DNA of 16,776 bases from Fidelibacterota bacterium (GCA_046861385.1 JBHHTW010000040.1:1-16776), one strand, 5' to 3'. Shown: positions 1-8,944, counted from the first letter of the stretch. A program made the numbers and translations. Notes: generated by a model not told the origin, from the letters alone.

Positions 1-785
1 GGAAAATTTTGTTTTAGCTGAAATGAAAGAGGAACGTTGTCTGTCTCTACAGTGATGGTGGTTGTATCTTCACCAGTTCCAAAGAGGATCACTTCTTCTG
101 AACCATTTACGGGATCTGAACTAGTAATGAATACTGTGTCTGTGAATATACCTGATTCTATGGGTATAAATTGAACTCCAACTTGCAAGGAATCTTGCGG
201 TTCTAATGAAGATATTGGATAGTAAGATAAGGCAAAGACCGAATTATTTTGTAGAGATAATCCAAAGGTCATTAGCACAACCCCTGTGTTCTTTATGGTA
301 AATGTCCATACGTCTGATTGGGAACCAATAGGTACTATCCCAAAATCTTGTTCTGATTCGGACACTTCTAATACCGGAACGGCTAAAGAAAAATAACATG
401 CAGAATAAGAACCATACCCAAAAGTACCATCACCGGTTGTGAAAATGGGGTCCAATTCATACTCATCAAAACCGTTCCCTAAATTTGTCCAGAGAAATAT
501 TCGGATCGAATCACCATCATCAAAGCCGGGAAGGTTGTATTGTTCTGAACCTTCCCAAGCGGTAACGGCAAAATTACCGGACCCATCATAGATATCGGTA
601 CCAACACAAAGTGTATCTGCAAAAAGGCCTATTTCATCTCCGGTTTGAAGGTGGAAACTATTTACACTATCCGTCAAAATAATTACTTGATAGGGCAACC
701 CGGTTGAATCTACGGATTCAAAGTGATTTTGAGGGAAAATGGTCCAACTCATGAGTAGAAATACAAATACAGGTCCCGGTTTCAT
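1..785 (-). CDS. Secreted protein, 3'-truncated by the window edge: signal peptide, GDEIG..CVG module, ASH/choice-of-anchor-D-like Ig domain, start of a C-terminal sorting (T9SS type A/FlgD-Ig-like) domain
   Basis: Not in the ORF track. Hand translation from ATG at 785 stays open to base 1: MKPGPVFVFLLMSWTIFPQNHFESVDSTGLPYQVIIL...LQTGDEIGLFADTLCVG...DFGIVPIGSQSDVWTFTIKNTG...FIPIESGIFTDTVFITSSDP...VILFGTG...PLSFQLKQNFP. RBS TAAGGAG overlaps the upstream stop codon, 6 nt before the ATG. Confidence 0.9.
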   Translation of the reverse strand, partial: MKPGPVFVFLLMSWTIFPQNHFESVDSTGLPYQVIILTDSVNSFHLQTGDEIGLFADTLCVGTDIYDGSGNFAVTAWEGSEQYNLPGFDDGDSIRIFLWTNLGNGFDEYELDPIFTTGDGTFGYGSYSACYFSLAVPVLEVSESEQDFGIVPIGSQSDVWTFTIKNTGVVLMTFGLSLQNNSVFALSYYPISSLEPQDSLQVGVQFIPIESGIFTDTVFITSSDPVNGSEEVILFGTGEDTTTITVETDNVPLSFQLKQNF

Positions 786-791
786 GGGATA

Positions 792-798
792 CTCCTTA
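792..798 (-). promoter_or_regulatory. Shine-Dalgarno site TAAGGAG for the 785..1 gene, overlapping the TAA stop of the giant gene
   Basis: Minus strand reads TAAGGAG-TATCCC-ATG. Confidence 0.8.
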
Positions 799-3700
799 TT
801 TCAGCAGTAGAAGTTTCTTACTCTTGTGGAATTCCGGTGTTTCCAGCCGGTATATATATACACCGCTTGGAACCGGTTTGCCCCTTGCGTCTTTTCCTTT
901 CCATGTTGCTCTATGAAAATTTGCCAACTGAAATTCATCCAATATGACCGCAATTTTTTGCCCAAGCATATTATATATTGTAATACGAACTCGAGTATCA
1001 TCGGGCAGTTGATAGGGAATAATCGTCGTTGGGTTGAAAGGATTAGGATAATTGTTTCCTAAAGCATAAGAAGTTGGTAAAACATTTCCACCCGTTGATG
1101 CTCTTTGAATAACCGAATAATTCGCTCCTTCAAATTTGGTCTCCTCTTCGCGGCGGAATTCCGCAAATAGTGGGTAAACCGTACCATATTTAGTTGAAAA
1201 TAACTTTAATTTAATCGGTTTATTTTTTGTATATCCCTGGACGTCGCCAGTTTCATTCCCAGCCCAAGATGTTATTGACAACGGCCAATCGCCGGTATAA
1301 ACACCTGCCCCTACGCATAACTCATCATCGAAAAGACCAATTTCATCACCAGTTTGAAGTTCTCTGCCTTCAAAATCAGCCGACTGAATTACAACTGCAT
1401 AAGGTAAACCGGTGCGATCGTATTCAAAATGTTTCACTATTGGAATTTCATTTGCTATTGTCTTGGATAGCGTATGAGTTACGGAAGGATATGTAAAATT
1501 CAAGTCAGTCATTCCCGATAGGAAAATCTTATATCCTTTTCCGGGCTCAAAATTTCCAATCGTATTCACATCCATTGATGGAATCCAGGAACCACCGTCG
1601 GCATCCTGAATAATATCAATTGAATCGTGTATTTCAGAAAAGATTGAAGTATCCGAAGCAGTCTCAGGTAAATAACCAATATAATTCCATCGGCTCGCCT
1701 GAATGGTCAATGGCCAATCGGACTTTTCGACGGGCAAACCTGGATAGCTGAATTCTGCATTTGTCGAATCAAAGAATAAGTAATAGCCTTCTGTTAAATT
1801 AACCTGTCCGATCGTATTGACTGCATAATCAGGGATAAATGCGCCGCCGTGATCATCATAAACAATCTTTAACCCGTCAATATTTCCAAAAACGGTATTT
1901 GCATCCTGATCTTGGGGAAACATATTTAATGAAACGAGATTAAACTGCCCGGCAGTGATACCAATATTATTTATAGAATAAACTGTCGCATTGATTGAAC
2001 CTTCATTAAATCCATTTGCGACAAATGATCCATCGCCCGTTTTTAAATCCGTTATTTCACCAGTACCGTATCGAAATTGACTGTTGTTCCAAATTTTTAT
2101 CGTATATGAGTTCGATTCAGTGAAGCCATATGATTTAATGACAAATGGAAAATTATTATTAAAAATTCCAGCCCCAACGCAGGAGTCTCCTTCAAAAATA
2201 GCTATTTCGTCACCTGCTTGAAATTCATTCCCATCAATATTCCCATTATTCATTACAAAGTAAAATGGATCACCCGTTTCCTCCGAAGGAGAAAACTGCA
2301 GTGCAGGGATAAATGTGTAGTCTGTCATTAATAATAACGGAAGCTCTATATAAGGATCCGTTTTATCATTTGATGCATAAGGAATCATATCAGTAACCGC
2401 TCCGACATTGGCGGGTGGAATCGTAATCCCGACATCTACTGACGATGAGGTTAGAACAGTACCGGAAGTATTCGAAAACATATTGCTTTCCAATAAACTG
2501 CTTCCACCAAACCAATCCAGGTTTTCACCCGGAGGCTGCCATTTGAGATATGTATTAGCAGACCCGCCATATTCAATATAATCAATTATTACTTCATGGA
2601 CTCCTCGCTCTATATATTGGTTATGTCCGCACCAGCAGCATCCTCCTGATGAAAAAATCTGATTGCCATCGATGAATATTCTGATATTATCATCAATACA
2701 ATATTCAAAATAATAATCACCGGAGGAATAAAGGTTGACCATACCTGTCCATCGGATATGAAAATTATCACTTGGGACACCCGAAGGTAATTGAGAAGTA
2801 TCATCCCAATTAAAATTAATATTATCATCCGCTCTGACCGCCAGTAACTCAGAAAAATTATTCCAATCACTGTTGTTGTAGTAATAACCGGTCAAGAAAT
2901 GCCCCAGACTATCATCTTCTAATACATAAGACAAATCTTTTACACCATTATTAATAATCTGAAAATTGACAAATGACGTATCTCCAGCAGCGGTTGATTG
3001 AATCAAATAGCTCGGTGAAAACGCAATCTCGGCAAGTCCGGGACGCCCGGTAACAGAAACGGAATGGATGCTCTCGGATTGGGGATAAACAGATGTAATA
3101 ACAAATTTGTAGTCCAGATTATTTGTCAGACTTGATACGGATGCAGTCGTATCGGTCGTTAATAAACTAAAAGTATAATCCGTCTCAGTTGCTAATTTGT
3201 AATACACATTATAACCCGTTAATGAATCTCGATTCACTGCTGACCATTCCAGGGTCACTTCTTGATCATTTCCATCGATTATAGCGAGGTTATGTGGATT
3301 ACCATGATCGTAATAATGAGCGCCCATATCTAATATGGAACCATCTGGATCAGTATATAAAATATATCCGGCATCAATTAATGGAGATGTACCTAAAAGG
3401 GAATAATTATTGCTATCCACTTCGACAAACTGTGGGTCGAGATAGATATTGGAATAAATATCTGAGGGATCCCCGTTAATATTTTCGTTGTTCACTGTTC
3501 CCATATCTGTGGGATATCCTGAACCGGAAAGCAAATTTTCATTATTCCAAAAATTGTTGTTATTAATATCAATTGACCCGTTATTATTTTCTACGTATGC
3601 GGCATAACGACTATCTGTAACAACATTACTGTGCAGGAAAATATCGCCACTATTATTATACAGATATACTGCTGCTCCATCTGATCCATTGTTATTATCC

Positions 3701-6700
3701 ATATCAGCATTTACTAATGTATTATTGTTTATCTCTATATCATGACTATTATCCCTTATTTCCAAGCTGTTTTCATACGTATCGTAAATGGTATTATTGC
3801 TTATTTTTTGTTCATAAGAATCATTTTCAGTAAAATTCCTGCTATTCTGGTAGTATATCCCCTCACGGCAATTATTGATTTCATTTGAAACAATTTCAAA
3901 AAAACTTTGATTTACATAAATACCATGTGTGTAATGAGTATTGTGTTCGATTGAGTTATTTTTAATCAGTCCAAAACAGTCGTGGTGAATTCCGATATAG
4001 CTCCTCCCCGTCAGTGTGTTTCCGGTAATAATCAATGGCTTTATTACACGCAGATACATTGCCTGATTATCATAATTGTTATAATCTGAATAGAAAGAAT
4101 TATTTGATATTGTTAAACCAATACAATCATAGGCTGCTATGTCATTACCATAGTTTTGGTAGAAAGTATTGTCCGATATAATCACATCTCCACCTGAACT
4201 CCAGAGCCTAACATTTAGAACACCTCCATCTTGATTTTGGTCCTGGTAATTATATGAAAAAATGGAATTTTGTACAGAATAATTTCTATAACTACCATAA
4301 AAGGCGATAGCTCCCCGTGCGTTATGGCTGAATCTGCAATGGTCAAATTGAACATCCGATACGTGGTTGATGCGCACTACACCACTGGCGACCCATTCAC
4401 TCCAGCCGTCTCCATTTTCAAATATACAATAATCAAACCTTGATCCTTTTGCATTGTCATAAAGGTGTATATATTCCCAATCACCCGGGCTCGGTTGGCT
4501 TGAATGAGATGTAAATAGGATGGAATCGTGTTCAGTGCCTGATGCAAATATCGGGCCTTGGGCGTCAATTCGATAATAGTCCTCAAAAGCAATAATAACT
4601 CCTGGTTCGATCCAGAGTGTATCATTACTTGAAATAGACAAATTTCCAGTAACCAGGTAATAAATATCAGATGCCAACGTCCCGGAAATAGAGCCCGATA
4701 ATTCCTGAACTTCCCTGGCAATTAATTGAATCGTACCAAAATCATAATTATTACTGAGGAATACAGAAGACAGGTGTACAGGTACACAACCCTCTTTAGT
4801 TATATCGACGGAATAAATAGAAATGGGTAGAATAATGTCAAAGAATCCAGCAATATCCGTAAATACACTGTCCAATACACCGGAAGATGTTTCCGGGTGA
4901 AAAACGATTTTGACACCTGAATGATCAGTTGCATTTTCAATCTGGACTAGTCCATTTGCAATAATAATCATACCGTTATCCGAGATGGCAGATGCTTCAT
5001 CAGCGATAGCTAACTCTCTGCTGTTGTCATCATTAAATATGCCTGTTACTTTGTAGTAATATTCTGTTCCTTCCTCCAAACCGTCATGAGTGTAACTATT
5101 TTCTCCGGAGAAAAATGTAGATAGTTGATTTTCCGTCGTAATCTCCACATCAGGATCAGTACTGTAATATAGATTGTAACCCAATAAGGTACTACCGATC
5201 GGTACAGGGGTTCCCCAGGTTAATGCAATGGATCCGTCATTCTGGGAAACTGCGTTTAGGTTTACCTTGGATTCAAATAAACTGACGTTAAAACGATGGT
5301 ATTCATAAGGGACATAGTAAGGTGATGTCAATGTATCTGATCCATCGGTGATTTCAATAAAATAATTTACTCTGTCGAATAATGATTGTCCGGGTATGTC
5401 ACCGGAATAGTTTTTGCCTGTTGTATTTACCATACTGACTGATGTCCATTCTGACTCATTAAATCCCTCTGCCTGGAGTAAATTGGGTGCATAATCGGCA
5501 TATGCTGCGTTTATAATATTCCCATTATTTTGATTATTGGAATAATCAATTGCAGTAGTGCTTGGATCTTCATTAAAGCGCCAGTATCCAACGAGACCGG
5601 TTTCAGTACCAAAAATCTCCCGGTTCATATTCGATAAGATATCACCGGATGTCCTGACTATGTTCCAGATCCTTACTTCATCGATCGCTCCGTTAAATTC
5701 CTGACCGTGATGACGGCGATAACCAATTGTAAGTCCGTCCGGAGAATAGTTGATTGAACCGCTGTTCTGCCAATCCCAATTTCCATCCAAAGCTCCATTG
5801 ATGTACAATTTCGCACTATTTCCATCATAAGTGGCAGATATATGATACCACTGTCCCGTATTCAACTGGGTATTACCGTCCCAGCTACTACTACCCGTAT
5901 TTGTCCAAATATGCCAACGGATTCTGCGATCCCAACTATCATAAGTGAGTAAAAACCCTTCAGTCCCGTTATTTGCGCGGTTAGATAAAATATACGAATT
6001 CCCCGTCGAGGTGGGTTTTATCCAGGCTTCGACAGTGATCGTATTTCCAAAATAATAGTTGCTATGGTGAGGAATTTCTACGCGGTCTCCGGAACTATTC
6101 CCGTCAAATTCCAAAGCAGTATTGTTTCCGTTATCGGCATAAAAGCCATTCGGTATAACCCGGTAAAATAATGTAGACGTAATAGATTGATTCAATAATG
6201 GCGTAATAGAGGTGTTTACTGTATAAGGACCTACCGTATCGCTGGCAGCTGTGAGTGGCGTATGATCTATTAAAAAAGGAAAATAAAAAGGTTTTGCTCC
6301 CATATCAGATACGGTACTATCAGCATCCAGGTAATGGGGACTACCTGCATTGATGGCAGGTGAAGATACTCTTAACTCATAATCAACATAATTCTCAAAT
6401 TGGGGATCTATGAAAATATTGGAATAGATATCCGCTGGATCTCCATTGGCGTTGGTGGCAATGACATCACCAAAGCCCAACGGAAAATCTGTATCTTGAG
6501 TCAAATTATTATTGGCATAAAAGGAGTTGTATGATATATCCATGAATCCATTATTATTTGAATTAATTCCATTGCCATTTCCGTAAATAATATTGCTATG
6601 AATGGAAAGGGAATCATTATCATAGACGTAAATTCCTCGATGTCCATTTGAAAAACCAACAATTGTGTTATGATGTGCTTCAATTAATCTATTGTTATAT

Positions 6701-7932
6701 TCAATTTGCAATCCTTCATAACAACAGTCTTGTGGATGTCTCACAATTATATTACCAGATATCTGGGGCGAATCAGTTTTATTTTGATAATTATTATTAT
6801 AACCAGAATAATAAAGTTTTCCCTCGATATGGTTGTTTTTTAAATCAACATGCGCGTCGCTCCAAACACCGATAGCATTCCAAGAATTAACATCCGTCAA
6901 TACATTATTTGAAAAAGTAATTAGTGAATTATCATGAAACTGCACCGTCCAATCGTTCTCAATATTATTAAATAGACAGGAATCAATAGTAGCTGTGGAC
7001 CAGCCATTTGTATATAAAGCATGTCTGTTACCATTTAAAAAAGAAGATGTTTTTAACTCAATTTCTGAGCGATTGCTAATATAAAAGCCATCATCAAAAT
7101 TTGATAATATTAAGTTTCTATATATTACCTGCGAATGGTGGTTATTAATATTCCAATAATTATTACTTCCACCGGAAAAATTAGAATTTTTCACATTTCC
7201 ATACGAATATGAAAGATACAGATCACCCCGACCACTATTTCTGAATGAAGTATGGTTAATAGATACCAAAGAAGAACTTATTTCAAGTTGAGCAGTGTTT
7301 CCACTACCGAAAGTGAATACACAATAGTCAAACTGATTAGCCAGATTGGTTGAATCATTATCATCATAATAAACATATACACTACCCCAGTCACCTGCGG
7401 CTGGTGGAGACATGGCAGATGTAAAATATATCGAATCCTGTACTGTTCCATTAGCAGTGATAGGACCATAGCAGCTAATATTATAATCCCCAGCAAACAT
7501 AATTCTAACCCCAGGGTTTATGGTGAGAGTAGTATCGCTTGGTACAATCAAATCACCGGTAACTCTATAAATATGATCGGTAGTGAGCGTACCGGATAGT
7601 GTATCAGAAATTTCAACTATTGTTCCCGATTGAAGTGTCACATTGGATAATGTCGTACTCTCAGTTATGTACACATTACTCATATATTCGGGAAGGTAAT
7701 TGTCCTTGGAAAATTCTACATTATAAATACCTATTTCTAAGGCAGTATTGTATTGACCGTCTGAATCTGTTATTGTGCTGTCCGTCACAGCACTGGGGGA
7801 CATGGCAGTAAACAGCACTCTTATTGAAGAGTGATCTTGTTGATTTTCTAAATACGCATTTCCATCAACATTAACCTGTGTAGCATACAAGACTGAAAAA
7901 ATTATTAAAAAGATTGCATAGTACTTTTTCAT
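796..7932 (-). CDS. 2378-aa secreted multidomain surface protein: 2x (carboxypeptidase-regulatory-like domain + right-handed beta-helix), LamG-like jellyroll, 2x FN3, PA14, repeated beta-sandwich modules, C-terminal sorting domain
   Basis: Signal peptide MKKYYAIFLIIFSVLYA. Asn-rich beta-helix repeats capped by DPQF...SPAINAG and SPLIDAG. LamG motifs ITVEAWIKP, WYHISATYDG, GAIDEVRIWN. FN3 motifs IALTW..GYNLYY and LEEGTEYYYKV. PA14 motifs INFNW, FHIRWTG, IDYIEYGG. C-terminal YALGNNYPNPFNPTT...SGVYIYRL...KKLLLLK. RBS AAGGTG upstream. Confidence 0.92.
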   Translation of the reverse strand: MKKYYAIFLIIFSVLYATQVNVDGNAYLENQQDHSSIRVLFTAMSPSAVTDSTITDSDGQYNTALEIGIYNVEFSKDNYLPEYMSNVYITESTTLSNVTLQSGTIVEISDTLSGTLTTDHIYRVTGDLIVPSDTTLTINPGVRIMFAGDYNISCYGPITANGTVQDSIYFTSAMSPPAAGDWGSVYVYYDDNDSTNLANQFDYCVFTFGSGNTAQLEISSSLVSINHTSFRNSGRGDLYLSYSYGNVKNSNFSGGSNNYWNINNHHSQVIYRNLILSNFDDGFYISNRSEIELKTSSFLNGNRHALYTNGWSTATIDSCLFNNIENDWTVQFHDNSLITFSNNVLTDVNSWNAIGVWSDAHVDLKNNHIEGKLYYSGYNNNYQNKTDSPQISGNIIVRHPQDCCYEGLQIEYNNRLIEAHHNTIVGFSNGHRGIYVYDNDSLSIHSNIIYGNGNGINSNNNGFMDISYNSFYANNNLTQDTDFPLGFGDVIATNANGDPADIYSNIFIDPQFENYVDYELRVSSPAINAGSPHYLDADSTVSDMGAKPFYFPFLIDHTPLTAASDTVGPYTVNTSITPLLNQSITSTLFYRVIPNGFYADNGNNTALEFDGNSSGDRVEIPHHSNYYFGNTITVEAWIKPTSTGNSYILSNRANNGTEGFLLTYDSWDRRIRWHIWTNTGSSSWDGNTQLNTGQWYHISATYDGNSAKLYINGALDGNWDWQNSGSINYSPDGLTIGYRRHHGQEFNGAIDEVRIWNIVRTSGDILSNMNREIFGTETGLVGYWRFNEDPSTTAIDYSNNQNNGNIINAAYADYAPNLLQAEGFNESEWTSVSMVNTTGKNYSGDIPGQSLFDRVNYFIEITDGSDTLTSPYYVPYEYHRFNVSLFESKVNLNAVSQNDGSIALTWGTPVPIGSTLLGYNLYYSTDPDVEITTENQLSTFFSGENSYTHDGLEEGTEYYYKVTGIFNDDNSRELAIADEASAISDNGMIIIANGLVQIENATDHSGVKIVFHPETSSGVLDSVFTDIAGFFDIILPISIYSVDITKEGCVPVHLSSVFLSNNYDFGTIQLIAREVQELSGSISGTLASDIYYLVTGNLSISSNDTLWIEPGVIIAFEDYYRIDAQGPIFASGTEHDSILFTSHSSQPSPGDWEYIHLYDNAKGSRFDYCIFENGDGWSEWVASGVVRINHVSDVQFDHCRFSHNARGAIAFYGSYRNYSVQNSIFSYNYQDQNQDGGVLNVRLWSSGGDVIISDNTFYQNYGNDIAAYDCIGLTISNNSFYSDYNNYDNQAMYLRVIKPLIITGNTLTGRSYIGIHHDCFGLIKNNSIEHNTHYTHGIYVNQSFFEIVSNEINNCREGIYYQNSRNFTENDSYEQKISNNTIYDTYENSLEIRDNSHDIEINNNTLVNADMDNNNGSDGAAVYLYNNSGDIFLHSNVVTDSRYAAYVENNNGSIDINNNNFWNNENLLSGSGYPTDMGTVNNENINGDPSDIYSNIYLDPQFVEVDSNNYSLLGTSPLIDAGYILYTDPDGSILDMGAHYYDHGNPHNLAIIDGNDQEVTLEWSAVNRDSLTGYNVYYKLATETDYTFSLLTTDTTASVSSLTNNLDYKFVITSVYPQSESIHSVSVTGRPGLAEIAFSPSYLIQSTAAGDTSFVNFQIINNGVKDLSYVLEDDSLGHFLTGYYYNNSDWNNFSELLAVRADDNINFNWDDTSQLPSGVPSDNFHIRWTGMVNLYSSGDYYFEYCIDDNIRIFIDGNQIFSSGGCCWCGHNQYIERGVHEVIIDYIEYGGSANTYLKWQPPGENLDWFGGSSLLESNMFSNTSGTVLTSSSVDVGITIPPANVGAVTDMIPYASNDKTDPYIELPLLLMTDYTFIPALQFSPSEETGDPFYFVMNNGNIDGNEFQAGDEIAIFEGDSCVGAGIFNNNFPFVIKSYGFTESNSYTIKIWNNSQFRYGTGEITDLKTGDGSFVANGFNEGSINATVYSINNIGITAGQFNLVSLNMFPQDQDANTVFGNIDGLKIVYDDHGGAFIPDYAVNTIGQVNLTEGYYLFFDSTNAEFSYPGLPVEKSDWPLTIQASRWNYIGYLPETASDTSIFSEIHDSIDIIQDADGGSWIPSMDVNTIGNFEPGKGYKIFLSGMTDLNFTYPSVTHTLSKTIANEIPIVKHFEYDRTGLPYAVVIQSADFEGRELQTGDEIGLFDDELCVGAGVYTGDWPLSITSWAGNETGDVQGYTKNKPIKLKLFSTKYGTVYPLFAEFRREEETKFEGANYSVIQRASTGGNVLPTSYALGNNYPNPFNPTTIIPYQLPDDTRVRITIYNMLGQKIAVILDEFQLANFHRATWKGKDARGKPVPSGVYIYRLETPEFHKSKKLLLLK
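3310..7878 (-). repeat. Internal protein-level duplication: module A about 7878..6285 and module B about 4970..3310
   Basis: ENQQDHSSIRVLF vs ENATDHSGVKIVF; GPITANGTVQDSIYFTS..P.AGDW vs GPIFASGTEHDSILFTS..PSPGDW; NGDPADIYSNIFIDPQF vs NGDPSDIYSNIYLDPQF. Confidence 0.85.
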
Positions 7933-7959
7933 GACAACACCTTTATTGAATTGCTTAAT

Positions 7960-8895
7960 TTATTTCCATACCGTTATAATTCCAGACTGGACTCGTTGTA
8001 AAACAGAATTATTGTAAATATCCCGGACTGTACACTCCTCATTCAATGTGATGGTTGAATTCTGAATGGAGCCTATATGGGTAAACATGAATCGAATTAA
8101 TGTCCCCGATCCTGTCACGCCAGTTACATTTCCACCTGCCAATCCCAGATCCATTGCAAATTTTCCTTTCTGATCATCCGATTCGATAAATGATATAATG
8201 TAGCCAATACTTTGGAGAAGAAAATCTGTCGAATCATCCTCCAACGAATAATTTTCCATTTTCAAATCATTTGGATTATATGTTAATCCGATGTGAGTAC
8301 CCATAAAATCAACTACATCGTTTAATCTCAGGTACATGAAAAATGTTTTTCCTGAATCAATATATGCATGGCCTGGAGAAATAAATAATTCGGTACCTTC
8401 TTCAACATTTACATTGAATTCTATCCGTGGCCAGTTGTTTTCATTAATATCAGTTGGATAATGACTTCTTATTTCTACGGTATAATCTTTATCTTCTAAG
8501 TTTGTTAATGTCAGTAGATGGTATCCCGTTAATGAATCGTATTTCCAGAATGGAAGGTTTTTTCTCATAATATCATCCCCGGAAAATCTGGTTGACCACG
8601 TTTTAGAATCTACACGGAACGAATACAATATTTTGTGGGGAATTCGTGTTAGTGTATTCGATGAATCCGGCCAATATAGACTATTCGAATGACGAAAGGT
8701 GAAAGCCACTTCATTGGAATCAATGATATCACCATCTAAAGGACCTGAGAACACAGTTGTGGACGGTGATACGTAATTAGGATCTTTTGGGTCAAATAAA
8801 TTATCTACATCAGAAACAATAACGGTACATGACCATATTAATAATAAGATGGCACTTAAACATATGTAATATTTATTGAGGGGATACTTATACAA
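7960..8895 (-). CDS. Probable lipoprotein with an N-terminal Ig-like domain and a C-terminal cohesin-like domain
   Basis: TTG start with GAGG 8 nt upstream. Hydrophobic stretch ending LLLIWS-C (Cys23), then DNLFDP. The C-terminal ~145 aa fits the cohesin pattern (LFISP...GKTF.MYLRL...MGTHIGLTYNPNDL...GVTGSGTLIRFMF). Confidence 0.8.
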   Translation of the reverse strand: MYKYPLNKYYICLSAILLLIWSCTVIVSDVDNLFDPKDPNYVSPSTTVFSGPLDGDIIDSNEVAFTFRHSNSLYWPDSSNTLTRIPHKILYSFRVDSKTWSTRFSGDDIMRKNLPFWKYDSLTGYHLLTLTNLEDKDYTVEIRSHYPTDINENNWPRIEFNVNVEEGTELFISPGHAYIDSGKTFFMYLRLNDVVDFMGTHIGLTYNPNDLKMENYSLEDDSTDFLLQSIGYIISFIESDDQKGKFAMDLGLAGGNVTGVTGSGTLIRFMFTHIGSIQNSTITLNEECTVRDIYNNSVLQRVQSGIITVWK

Positions 8896-8917
8896 CCCTA
8901 ACGCCTCATTGATTTGA

Positions 8918-8923
8918 ATATTA
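8918..8923 (-). promoter_or_regulatory. Putative -10 element (TAATAT) of a class II CRP-dependent promoter
   Basis: If the box is centred at -41.5, positions -12..-7 fall on 8923..8918 = TAATAT (4/6 to TATAAT, including the key T, A and final T). Predicted TSS is about 8911-8910. The region is AT-rich, so chance matches are possible. Confidence 0.55.
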
Positions 8924-8944
8924 ACTAATAAATATGATAACCTC

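Noticed and set aside
6400-6470. NANGDPADIY and its copy NINGDPSDIY (about 3450-3490) as dockerin or EF-hand loops
   Set aside because: The spacing does not fit the dockerin Ca-binding repeat. They are part of the duplicated beta-helix C-cap.
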